In this document: piece by piece, positions 1-8,748 of the stretch | Layout of the letters: each line of letters opens with the position of its first letter | Numbering within the stretch: the first letter of the stretch is position 1 | Source of the DNA: Bacteroidia bacterium | Lineage (GTDB): Bacteria > Bacteroidota > Bacteroidia > NS11-12g > UBA9320 | Direction of reading: 5' to 3' | Length of the DNA: 32,728 nt | NCBI GenBank assembly: GCA_029253325.1 | Contig: JAQWZS010000230.1 | Location: 1-32,728, forward strand | Translations under genes and position numbers: made by a program | The notes under the pieces: generated by a model | Database searches by the model: none | Seen by the model: only the letters and a program-made list of their open reading frames with translations | Told to the model about the DNA's origin: nothing

Positions 1-273
1 CCAACGGTATATGTTCCTAATGCCTTTACGCCAAACAATGATAATCTAAATGATGGTTTTGGAGTAAAGGGTATTGCCATTAATGAATTTTCAATTGAAA
101 TTTATAACCGTTGGGGTGAAAAACTCTACCAATCCAATGATATTAACGAAAAATGGTTGCCAACTTATATGGGCAATCGAATACAAGAAGGAATCTATTT
201 ATACTTAATTAATTACAGCGATTACAATAACAATAACTATAGAAAGGCAGGGACTATAACCTTGCTTAAATAG
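1..273 (+). CDS. Partial CDS (3' end): gliding-motility-associated / type-B T9SS C-terminal domain protein
   Basis: Frame 1 reads PTVYVPNAFTPNNDNLNDGFGVKG...IYNRWGEKLY...GIYLYLINY...GTITLLK then TAG at 271-273. PNAFTPN-D-NDxF and YNRWG are type-B CTD motifs. The start lies outside the window and the ORF is absent from the track. Confidence 0.9.
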   Translation, partial: PTVYVPNAFTPNNDNLNDGFGVKGIAINEFSIEIYNRWGEKLYQSNDINEKWLPTYMGNRIQEGIYLYLINYSDYNNNNYRKAGTITLLK

Positions 274-288
274 TTCGTATTTTTATGT

Positions 289-906
289 TTAAGAATTAAG
301 TCTTATAATCTTTTTAGTCTCAAAGAAATCTTCTGAAAAAAAATCATTCAACGCGGTTTCTTCCCAAGAGAATAATTTATGTTTCAGAAGTAAGTCATTT
401 TTTTCGATCTTCAAATCACCTCCTTTAAGAAAGATATGTTGGCTGTTATAAGTCATTGCATCCTTAGTTAAATCAACTAATTTAATGGCTGGGGCTACAG
501 CCCGAGATATAATAGTATTGTACTTTTGTTTGATATGCTCAAAACGATCATTCGTAACGGTTACATTTTCTAGTTGAAGTGATTCAGCAATAGCTCTAAC
601 AACGCGAGTTTTTTTTCGAATGGAATCGACCAAATGAAAATTAGTTTGAGGAAAAATAATGGCCAATGGAATGCCTGGAAATCCACCGCCTGTACCAATA
701 TCAAGTACATTTTCACCCTTCTTAAAGGAATAAATCTTAGCTATGGATAATGAGTGTAGAACGTGATTACAATAGAATTGATCCATATCTTTTCTACTAA
801 TCACATTTATCTTTGTGTTCCATTCATTATAAAGTGCTTTTAAGGCATGCAATTTATTATCCTGGTCAGTTGTTAAGTTCGGAAAATAGTAGCGAATTAA
901 TTCCAT
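289..906 (-). CDS. rsmG: 16S rRNA m7G527 methyltransferase RsmG (GidB)
   Basis: WNTKINVISRKD, HVLHSL, SAM motif LDIGTGGGFPGIPLAI, DSIRKK, SRAVA, LKGGDL. Confidence 0.96.
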   Translation of the reverse strand: MELIRYYFPNLTTDQDNKLHALKALYNEWNTKINVISRKDMDQFYCNHVLHSLSIAKIYSFKKGENVLDIGTGGGFPGIPLAIIFPQTNFHLVDSIRKKTRVVRAIAESLQLENVTVTNDRFEHIKQKYNTIISRAVAPAIKLVDLTKDAMTYNSQHIFLKGGDLKIEKNDLLLKHKLFSWEETALNDFFSEDFFETKKIIRLNS

Positions 907-2015
907 GTTTTTGGTTTGATGAATGGTTTAATAATTCCAAATAAAATAAGATACAATGTAAATAAGATATCATAGAATGGTAGAGCATATGCGATTTTTT
1001 TTGCATTAATTTTAAGGGCAAATTTCCCAAATATGATCCATTGAATGAGCCATTTTAGGGTAATTAATCCGATAACCATGAACCAGTATTTTGGATAGAG
1101 AAGTAGGAAACTAATTGCCGAAATTAGCCAAAAGATTTGAGTAACAGCATAAAATCCTAATAACAACTTAAAGATAAACTTATATTCTTTGCTGGTTGAA
1201 AGATGCCTTACTTTTTGTTTGACCCATTCGCCGAAGGATGAGGGTGAATCTGAGTACATTAATGAATCTTGAGTAAAACATATACCCACTTTTTTGTTTT
1301 TTTCGGCTTCTTGAATGAACAAGTCATCGTCTCCAGACATGATATGTTGGTGACTAGCAAAACCTTTGCTTTCAAAAAATAGTGTTTTGGTATAACCAAG
1401 GTTTCGTCCCACACCCATATAGGTTTTGTCACGTAAGGAATAGCCTAAATACTGGATGGCTGTATGAAAAGTTTCATAGCTAATTATAGAGCCTAATAAA
1501 TTAGATTTAGTATTTAGCGGAGCAATACCTAAAATAATGTCATTTTTAGTGAATAAGTTTGCCATGTGTTGTATCCATAGAGTAGAATTTGGTTTGCAGT
1601 CAGCATCAGTAAAGAGCAGGTGCTCATTTTTTGCTGCTTTAATTCCCATGGTAAGAGCAAATTTTTTCCCCTTTTGATATTGTTCTTTCAGTTCTAAGTG
1701 AACCACTTTCAGATTTTGGTGAATTAATGCTATATCATCAAGCAGTTTTTTAGTACCATCAAAACTTCCATCATTAACGACTATGATTTCAAAATTTTTA
1801 TAATCTTGTTTGAGAAGATGTGGGAGATTTTGGTTTAGGTTTTCTCGCTCATTTTTTGCGGCAACAATGACAGAGATACCTTCTTTAAAATTGGTTTTGA
1901 TAGGTTTTGGTGCGTTTACCTTGAATAGTGTAAGGTAGTAGAGTGCTAGGACAATTGTAGTTGCAGCAACAATTATAAAAACAATGAACTGAGTGGTATG
2001 TAAAAAATAATCCAA
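897..2015 (-). CDS. GT2 family membrane glycosyltransferase
   Basis: SVIVAAKNE, VVNDGSFDGT, GKKFAL, FTDADC (DxD), GDDDLF and KQKVRH (QxxRW-like), with N- and C-terminal TM helices. TTG start; overlaps rsmG by 10 nt. Confidence 0.9.
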   Translation of the reverse strand: MDYFLHTTQFIVFIIVAATTIVLALYYLTLFKVNAPKPIKTNFKEGISVIVAAKNERENLNQNLPHLLKQDYKNFEIIVVNDGSFDGTKKLLDDIALIHQNLKVVHLELKEQYQKGKKFALTMGIKAAKNEHLLFTDADCKPNSTLWIQHMANLFTKNDIILGIAPLNTKSNLLGSIISYETFHTAIQYLGYSLRDKTYMGVGRNLGYTKTLFFESKGFASHQHIMSGDDDLFIQEAEKNKKVGICFTQDSLMYSDSPSSFGEWVKQKVRHLSTSKEYKFIFKLLLGFYAVTQIFWLISAISFLLLYPKYWFMVIGLITLKWLIQWIIFGKFALKINAKKIAYALPFYDILFTLYLILFGIIKPFIKPKTWN

Positions 2016-2117
2016 CTTGTGACTAAGTTATAGTAGGTCTCAAGATTAGATATAATATTCAAAAACCTGAAATAATTTTGCCAACAAACGATAAGAAAAA
2101 TTATTTATTAAAATAAT

Positions 2118-2146
2118 TTTGGGAGTATAATAAAAGTGTATTTTTG
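2118..2146 (+). promoter_or_regulatory. Bacteroidota sigma-A promoter for the tRNA cluster
   Basis: TTTG (2118-2121), a 17 nt spacer, then TATTTTTG (2139-2146, TAnnTTTG), 10 nt upstream of tRNA-Ser. Confidence 0.75.
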
Positions 2147-2156
2147 CACTCCTTTT

Positions 2157-2247
2157 GGTGGGGTGGGTGAGTGGCTTAAACCAGTAGTTTGCTAAACTGC
2201 CGTACCTCTCAAGGGTACCCCGGGTTCGAATCCCGGTCCCACCGCCA
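2157..2247 (+). tRNA. tRNA-Ser(GCT)
   Basis: Acceptor GGTGGGG/TCCCACC, anticodon arm GTAGT-TTGCTAA-ACTGC, long variable arm GTACC-TCTCAAG-GGTAC, T arm CCGGG-TTCGAAT-CCCGG, discriminator G, encoded CCA. Confidence 0.97.
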
Positions 2248-2277
2248 GTAGGAATTGTTCTTAAGAATAATACAAAT

Positions 2278-2351
2278 GGTTCCATAGCTCAACCGGATAG
2301 AGCAACGGTTTTCTAAACCGTAGGTTCCAGGTTCGAGTCCTGGTGGGATCA
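2278..2351 (+). tRNA. tRNA-Arg(TCT)
   Basis: Acceptor GGTTCCA/TGGGATC, D arm GCTC/GAGC with A20, anticodon arm ACGGT-TTTCTAA-ACCGT, T arm CCAGG-TTCGAGT-CCTGG; CCA not encoded. Confidence 0.96.
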
Positions 2352-2362
2352 CTCTTACACCT

Positions 2363-2437
2363 CGGGGTGTAGCGTAGCCCGGTTATCGCGCCTGCTTTGG
2401 GAGCAGGAGGTCGCAGGTTCGAATCCTGCCACCCCGA
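2363..2437 (+). tRNA. tRNA-Pro(TGG)
   Basis: Acceptor CGGGGTG/CACCCCG, anticodon arm CCTGC-TTTGGGA-GCAGG, T arm GCAGG-TTCGAAT-CCTGC; CCA not encoded. Confidence 0.97.
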
Positions 2438-2445
2438 CAGCCTTC

Positions 2446-2482
2446 AAACCCTTGCAATCATTAGATTTGCAAGGGTTTTTTT
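2446..2482 (+). terminator. Intrinsic terminator after the tRNA cluster
   Basis: Inverted repeat AAACCCTTGCAA / TTGCAAGGGTTT running into a T7 tract. Confidence 0.85.
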
Positions 2483-2613
2483 ATTCACAATAATTTATAC
2501 AAAGGAACAAGTTTTGTACCCTATTTAACCCCTTTTTTCTCCTTTTCTTATATAAATGTTATATAATTATTATATATTTTTGAATTACTTCGTAACTACC
2601 TGAAATCAATAAC

Positions 2614-5556
2614 ATGCTTCCTAGAAAATACACGTGGATATTTGTGTTGGCTGTTCATTTATGTTTAGGGCAACAACCATCTAATGCGTTGAGTTTTGAC
2701 TATCTATCAATTAAAAATGGACTTTCTCACAATACAGTATTTTCCCTTTTACAGGATCGATATGGTTATATTTGGATAGGTACTCAAAATGGTTTGAATA
2801 AGTACGATGGATATACTTGTAAGCTTTATCCGCTAGATGAATCAATTAGCAATAATCAAAATTATTCAGGAGAACAAGTATCTGCACTTTTTGAAGATAA
2901 AAAAGGTAACTTATGGGTAGGTACAAAAAATAATGGTATTAAAATAAAAAGCGTATCGAGTGATCGTTTTATTAGATTAAGGTATGATTCACTTTCAATA
3001 CCATTTGAAAGTTCAGAGATTTCATCATTTTATGAGGATGATCTAGGTTTAATTTGGATTACGACTATCGGCTCAGGCCTGATAAAGTACGATGTAAGTC
3101 AACAAAAAATTTCTGTCTTTAATACGCAAAATAGTCATATATCAAGTGATGTTGTATTTGATATTGTTAAAGATAAAAATGGCATGATATGGATAGCTAC
3201 TGCAGGTGGTGGTTTAAATTGTCTGAAAGAAGATGGACAGTTTGAAAGAAGTCACGAAATGCTTCCCAATAGTCCAAATATGGTTGGATTTCGTAAAAAA
3301 TTGCTTTTAGACGATGATTTTCTATGGGTAGGAACTGAAGGTTCTGGTCTCTATAAAATGAATATAAAGAATAGAAGTTATATTCATTTTTCTTCACTTA
3401 AAGGTGAGAATAGAATCAACTCTGAAGCTGTCATTGATTTGTTTAAGTCTAATGATGATCAAATTTATATTGCTACTGATGGTGAAGGTCTGAATGTTTT
3501 TGACATTCAGACTTCGAAAATGTATTCATACACTCAACAAACGAATTCTTTTGCTTCATTAAATAGCAATTCATTACGATGCTTTTTAGGCGACAGAACA
3601 GGAAATATATGGATTGGTACATTTAATGGTGGAGTCAACATATATAAACCTAGCAAAATACGATTTGATTACAATTTACCAGAGTCGGTTGATGAAAGAT
3701 TACCTGCACGTTCTATCTTGTCTGTTTTACAAACTCAAAATGGTCAAGCTCTAGTGGGTACAGATGGAAGTGGTTTGTATGAATTTAATAATCAGAAATT
3801 TAATACAAAACCATTCATTCATAATTCAGGTAATAAGAATTCTATAGGCGGTAATAAGGTTAAAACTTTATTTCAAGATAGTCAAGGCAATATTTGGTTG
3901 GGTTTTTTTGCAGGTGGATTGGATTTGTATGATATTAAAAGCAAAAAATTCAGACATTTTATGGATTGGAAACCAAATGTTTGGAGTATTACGGAGCTTA
4001 AAAATACCCAAGAACTTTTAATCGCAACTTTAGGTGATGGATTGTTTACATTAAATATCAACTCAAAAAAACTGGAGAGATATCTTCCTCAATCAAATAA
4101 GTTGAATTCTTTTTCAGATTTTAATATAACAACCGTTCATGAGGATAAAATAGGTCGATTATGGGTTGGTTCATTAGATAATGGATTAGATTTAATTGAT
4201 GAATCAAATCAAGTGTATGAGCATTTTAAATACATCTCTGAAGATTCATTTTCATTAAGTCATAATGCAATCCAAACTATATATGAAGACTCAGATGGTG
4301 AGATTTGGTTTGGAACAGATGGAGGTGGAATAAATAGATGGCTGGGGAATAATAAGTTTGAGCGAATCAATAAATCTAGTGGTTTGATTGATAATCATGT
4401 GATGAGCATGATAGAAGGTAAGAGTAATAATTTATGGATTTCAACTTTTCAAGGGGTCTGTCGTTATAATAAAAATGATAGAGATTTCTTGAATTTTAGC
4501 ATTAGATCATTTCAAAACACTAATCAATTCAATCAAAATTCAATATCCATTGATGATTATGGTAAACTCTATTTTGGAGGCATTTATGGCATGCATTCTC
4601 TTCACCCCAACCAACTTAATGATAGAATTACTGAGAATATCCATCAACTGATTTTCTCAGATTTAGAAGTTTTTGGCAAAAATATTCCCGTAGGTAAATT
4701 CGAGTCCAACAGACAAATTTTAGAAAAGCCTATTGAGAATAGTAGCGATGTATGGTTGAATTATGCCGATAAATCATTCACCATTTATTTCAAAGCAATA
4801 GATTATTTAAACCCCACGGGTGATTATCTTTTTAAAATGCAAGGGTTTAATGATAATTGGAGAATTATAACAGCAGGAGACCCGAGTGTAACCTATACTA
4901 ATTTGGATCCCGGTCATTACGTTTTTAATGTTAAATACAACGAAAAAATATCATCTATAAAGATTCACATTGCACCCCCATATTGGCAAACTATATGGTT
5001 TAAATTGCTCGTCTTCATATTTGGCCTTGGTTTGATTTCCTTCATATTATTGTTTTGGGTTAAAAGGAGGGAGGCGTCAGCAAAACGCATAATTCTTCAA
5101 TTACAAAATGATAAACTAGCAACAGAAGTAGAATCTAAAAATTCAAAGCTTGTTTTTTCTTCTGCTCAAATGGCCCATAAGAATGAGTTGCTGATTGAGT
5201 TGAAACAAAATCTAATCGACTACGAGAAGAAACCAGATGGGAATTTAAAGTCACTTTTTCGAAAGCTAGACTATGAACTAAAAAATGAAAATTATTGGAA
5301 TGAGTTTAATTTATATTTTAATGAATTTAATCATAATTTTTTAAATTTAATTACTATAGCTCATCCATCAATCACTAAAAATGATCTTAGACTCTGCTCA
5401 TTAATTAGAATGAATTTGAGCTCCAAAGAAATTGCATCATTATTAAATATTTCGCTTAGAGCAGTAGAACAGGGACGTTATCGACTTAAAAAAAGATTTG
5501 GTATTGATAAATCTGTAGATTTGGCTGACTATATTAAATCGTTCAATAACGCATAA
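2614..5556 (+). CDS. Membrane-spanning PUL regulator: periplasmic beta-propellers + Y_Y_Y domain + TM + LuxR-type HTH (no kinase or receiver)
   Basis: Repeated D-x-x-G-x-(I/L)W(I/V)GT-x-x-GL propeller blades, YTNLDPGHYVF (Y_Y_Y), TM helix WFKLLVFIFGLGLISFILLFWV, a coiled coil, and C-terminal HPSITKNDLRLCSLIRMNLSSKEIASLLNISLRAVEQGRYRLKK. Confidence 0.9.
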   Translation: MLPRKYTWIFVLAVHLCLGQQPSNALSFDYLSIKNGLSHNTVFSLLQDRYGYIWIGTQNGLNKYDGYTCKLYPLDESISNNQNYSGEQVSALFEDKKGNLWVGTKNNGIKIKSVSSDRFIRLRYDSLSIPFESSEISSFYEDDLGLIWITTIGSGLIKYDVSQQKISVFNTQNSHISSDVVFDIVKDKNGMIWIATAGGGLNCLKEDGQFERSHEMLPNSPNMVGFRKKLLLDDDFLWVGTEGSGLYKMNIKNRSYIHFSSLKGENRINSEAVIDLFKSNDDQIYIATDGEGLNVFDIQTSKMYSYTQQTNSFASLNSNSLRCFLGDRTGNIWIGTFNGGVNIYKPSKIRFDYNLPESVDERLPARSILSVLQTQNGQALVGTDGSGLYEFNNQKFNTKPFIHNSGNKNSIGGNKVKTLFQDSQGNIWLGFFAGGLDLYDIKSKKFRHFMDWKPNVWSITELKNTQELLIATLGDGLFTLNINSKKLERYLPQSNKLNSFSDFNITTVHEDKIGRLWVGSLDNGLDLIDESNQVYEHFKYISEDSFSLSHNAIQTIYEDSDGEIWFGTDGGGINRWLGNNKFERINKSSGLIDNHVMSMIEGKSNNLWISTFQGVCRYNKNDRDFLNFSIRSFQNTNQFNQNSISIDDYGKLYFGGIYGMHSLHPNQLNDRITENIHQLIFSDLEVFGKNIPVGKFESNRQILEKPIENSSDVWLNYADKSFTIYFKAIDYLNPTGDYLFKMQGFNDNWRIITAGDPSVTYTNLDPGHYVFNVKYNEKISSIKIHIAPPYWQTIWFKLLVFIFGLGLISFILLFWVKRREASAKRIILQLQNDKLATEVESKNSKLVFSSAQMAHKNELLIELKQNLIDYEKKPDGNLKSLFRKLDYELKNENYWNEFNLYFNEFNHNFLNLITIAHPSITKNDLRLCSLIRMNLSSKEIASLLNISLRAVEQGRYRLKKRFGIDKSVDLADYIKSFNNA

Positions 5557-5584
5557 TTTCAATTTATTTCTAGTGTATTTTTTG

Positions 5585-5613
5585 TGATGTAGTAGTATTG
5601 TCGTAGTAATTCT
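5585..5613 (+). promoter_or_regulatory. Candidate operator (GTAGTA direct repeats) upstream of susC
   Basis: TGATGTAGTA (5585-5594) and TGTCGTAGTA (5599-5608); GTAGTA cores at 5589, 5592 and 5603 in an otherwise very AT-rich spacer. Confidence 0.4.
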
Positions 5614-5677
5614 TAATCTAGTGATTCCCTTTTTATTTTAATTCGTATTCATAATTTAATTAAGGCAATACAATCAA

Positions 5678-8600
5678 ATGCATAGATTATTATTTTTTGC
5701 AATTATCATACTCACAAGTTCTATTTTAATCAATGCTCAAGTAAGTGTGGGTGGAACAATTTCGGATGCATCCTCAGGAGAGAGACTTATTGGGGTCACC
5801 ATTTTAGAACAAGGTACAACTAATGGTGCCATCACAGATAAAAATGGTCAGTATAATATTTCATTGATATCAGATACAGCCTCTCTGCAATTTTTATATG
5901 TAGGTTATACCCCTCAAATCATAAAAGTAGGTAATCAAGTAGTTGTGAATATAGCTATGAAATTTGCAGAGTTTTTAGATGAAGCGGTGGTCATAGGGTA
6001 TGGTGAACAATCAAAATCAAAAATAACATCTGCTGTTTCGACGATTGATGCTAAAACTTTAAAAAAATTACCTGTACCAACTGTAAGTAACGGACTAGAA
6101 GGTCTTGCTTCGGGTTTATTTGTTCGTCAAGGAAGCGGTGAACCTGGATTTAGTGGTTCTTCTTTCGAGATCAGAAATTTTGGTAATGCTCTAGTTATTG
6201 TTGATGGATCTCCCGGTAATATTGATGATTTAGATCCCAACGAAATTGAAAATATATCCATATTAAAAGATGCAGCTGCAGCTGCTGTATATGGTGTTCA
6301 GGGTGGTAATGGTGTTATTTTGATAACAACTCGAAAAGGATCCATTGGAAAACCAGAATTAAACTACTCTAACCAATTTACCCAAACCTCATTTACACAA
6401 TATCCAGATTTTTTAAATTCTGTAGATTATGCTATCTTGCTTAACGAGGGTCTTGTTAATGATGGTAAATCTCCTTTTTATACTTCTGACGAGATTGAGT
6501 TATTTAGGTCAGGCTCTGATCCCATTAATTATCCTAATGAAAACTGGAAAGAGTTGATGTTTAAAAAGTATGGTTTTCAACAACGCCATAATTTAAACAT
6601 ATCAGGAGGTAATCAAAAAATAAAATATTTTGCCTCAGCTGGATTCTTAAATCAAGGATCAAATTACAAGGAGGATGTATTAAACTATAATCAATACAAT
6701 TTAAGAACAAATTTGAATGCTTACGTGAATGATTATCTCACGTTACAATTAAATTTAGCTGGCCGGAGAAGACTTAATGAAGCACCTGGCTACTCTGTCT
6801 ATGATATCTTTAGAGAGCTTAGTAGGGCACTGCCAAACAACCTCGCCTATTATCCAGATGGTACACCAGCTCGACCAAGTTTTAGTCCCAATCATATTTT
6901 AGAGGGTTTGCGTGATTTTAATGCGGGATATTTTCGTTCGAGAAATAATAATACTGATGCCAAACTTTCATTAGAATGGGATGCAGCTCAGGTAGGTATT
7001 GATGGATTAAAATTCAAATCATATGCATCGCTGGTTAATAATGTTTATTATAATAAAACTTGGGGCAAAAGTTATGAACTGTATACATTGAATCGTTTAA
7101 CTGGAGATTATGATGAGTATGTTGCTAGTCCAGAAGGTTCATTCAGTGAAACTGTCTTGACACATAGTATGAATTATAGCAATCATTATGTGTTGCAAGA
7201 GTCTGTTAACTATGATCGAAAGTTCAAAAAACACAGTATTTCGGCATTGTTACTGGGAGAATTACAAAATAATCAAGGAGAGAATTTTTATGGGAGAAGA
7301 CAAGATTACCAGTCGGATTTGATTGATCAATTATTTGCTGGTTCTAACGAAAATAAAGATGCCAATGGTGGAGAATATCGTGAAAATAGACTCGGTTTAG
7401 TGGGAAGAGCTAGCTACGATTATCTTTCTAGATATTTTGTTGAATCATCATTTAGATATGATGGATCCTCCAAATTTTCCCCTGACAATCAATGGGGTTT
7501 TTTCCCATCTATCTCAGCGGGTTGGAGAATATCCGAGGAAGATTTTTTCAAAGATTTCAAAGAAAAAATCCCACAACTTAAATTACGAGCATCTTTAGGA
7601 ACTGCAGGATATGACGGTACAGCAGCTTACCAATGGCTATCTGGGTTTACTTACAACCATTTCTTTGCTATTAACGAAACAGCTATTCCAACCATTGACA
7701 ATACATCGTTAGCTAATGAAGATTTAACATGGGAAACTGTAACTACACATGATGTGGGATTAGATGCTGAGTTTTTTAATCGAGAGCTAAAATTTTCTAT
7801 TGATTATTTTAAAAGGTATAAAAAGGGTGTGTTAGCATATGCTTCAGGTAGCGTTCCAAATACCTTGGGTGTTGGTTTAGCTGCTCAAAATTTACATGAA
7901 TATTCTAATGAAGGTTTTGAAACCTCTTTGAATTTTAATAAAAAATTGAATAGTAATTGGACCATCGGAGCGTTTAGTAATTTTTCTTATTCAAGAGAAA
8001 CAATCGAGTTTATAGATGAAGCTGTTATTGAAGATGATTTTATGAGAGGTAATTTGATGGTTACAGGTGGATTTACCAATCTCCGTAGAGGATATATTTC
8101 TGATGGATTATTCCAATCTCAAGATGAAATCGATGGAAGTCCTGTTCAAGATAACAATGACAATTCTACCCTTCAACCAGGTGATGTTAGGTATATAGAC
8201 TTAAATAATGATGGTGTTATTGATGTAAAAGACCAAAAAGTATTTGGTAATGGCGATAAGCCAGCTTATAATTTTTCATTAAATATATCTGCCCAATACA
8301 AAAATTTTGCACTCTCTGTGCTACTTACAGGTGCTGCAGGATATGATATTTATTTAGATGGAGAGGCTCAAAGTCCACTTCGAAATGGATTCAATGGCTA
8401 CACATATCAATTGGATTATTGGACACCTGAAAATACAGATGCAACATATCCTAGAATTTCAGATGGTGGTTTTAATGATAATAATTTCAGGTATTCAGAT
8501 TTTTGGAAACGAAGTGGTAATCATCTGAGATTTAAAAATATTAATTTAAGCTATACCTTACCGAAATTTGGTAAAAATAATGGCGGTTTTAAAGAGATTA

Positions 8601-8737
8601 GATTTTTTGCAACAGCCTACAATCTATTTGTTATTAAAACTTATGATGAAGACTTTGATCCTCAAATGCAATCATCAACAGGATGGTACTATCCTCAAAA
8701 TAAATCAACCACATTTGGTATCAATCTTACGCTATAA
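5678..8737 (+). CDS. susC: SusC/RagA TonB-dependent transporter
   Basis: N-terminal carboxypeptidase-regulatory-like domain, VVIGYG, plug motif IENISILKDAAAAAVYGVQGGNGVILITTRKG, FRYDGSSKF...WGFFPSISAGWRISEE, LTWET, PGDVRYIDLNNDGVID, C-terminal FGINLTL. Confidence 0.97.
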   Translation: MHRLLFFAIIILTSSILINAQVSVGGTISDASSGERLIGVTILEQGTTNGAITDKNGQYNISLISDTASLQFLYVGYTPQIIKVGNQVVVNIAMKFAEFLDEAVVIGYGEQSKSKITSAVSTIDAKTLKKLPVPTVSNGLEGLASGLFVRQGSGEPGFSGSSFEIRNFGNALVIVDGSPGNIDDLDPNEIENISILKDAAAAAVYGVQGGNGVILITTRKGSIGKPELNYSNQFTQTSFTQYPDFLNSVDYAILLNEGLVNDGKSPFYTSDEIELFRSGSDPINYPNENWKELMFKKYGFQQRHNLNISGGNQKIKYFASAGFLNQGSNYKEDVLNYNQYNLRTNLNAYVNDYLTLQLNLAGRRRLNEAPGYSVYDIFRELSRALPNNLAYYPDGTPARPSFSPNHILEGLRDFNAGYFRSRNNNTDAKLSLEWDAAQVGIDGLKFKSYASLVNNVYYNKTWGKSYELYTLNRLTGDYDEYVASPEGSFSETVLTHSMNYSNHYVLQESVNYDRKFKKHSISALLLGELQNNQGENFYGRRQDYQSDLIDQLFAGSNENKDANGGEYRENRLGLVGRASYDYLSRYFVESSFRYDGSSKFSPDNQWGFFPSISAGWRISEEDFFKDFKEKIPQLKLRASLGTAGYDGTAAYQWLSGFTYNHFFAINETAIPTIDNTSLANEDLTWETVTTHDVGLDAEFFNRELKFSIDYFKRYKKGVLAYASGSVPNTLGVGLAAQNLHEYSNEGFETSLNFNKKLNSNWTIGAFSNFSYSRETIEFIDEAVIEDDFMRGNLMVTGGFTNLRRGYISDGLFQSQDEIDGSPVQDNNDNSTLQPGDVRYIDLNNDGVIDVKDQKVFGNGDKPAYNFSLNISAQYKNFALSVLLTGAAGYDIYLDGEAQSPLRNGFNGYTYQLDYWTPENTDATYPRISDGGFNDNNFRYSDFWKRSGNHLRFKNINLSYTLPKFGKNNGGFKEIRFFATAYNLFVIKTYDEDFDPQMQSSTGWYYPQNKSTTFGINLTL

Positions 8738-8748
8738 ATAAATTTAAA

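Noticed and set aside
2254-2271. Weak hairpin ATTGTTCTTAAGAATAAT in the tRNA spacer
   Set aside because: AT-rich with essentially no loop; no evidence of function
2046-2285. 79-aa minus-strand ORF
   Set aside because: Antisense shadow of tRNA-Ser/Arg and their promoter
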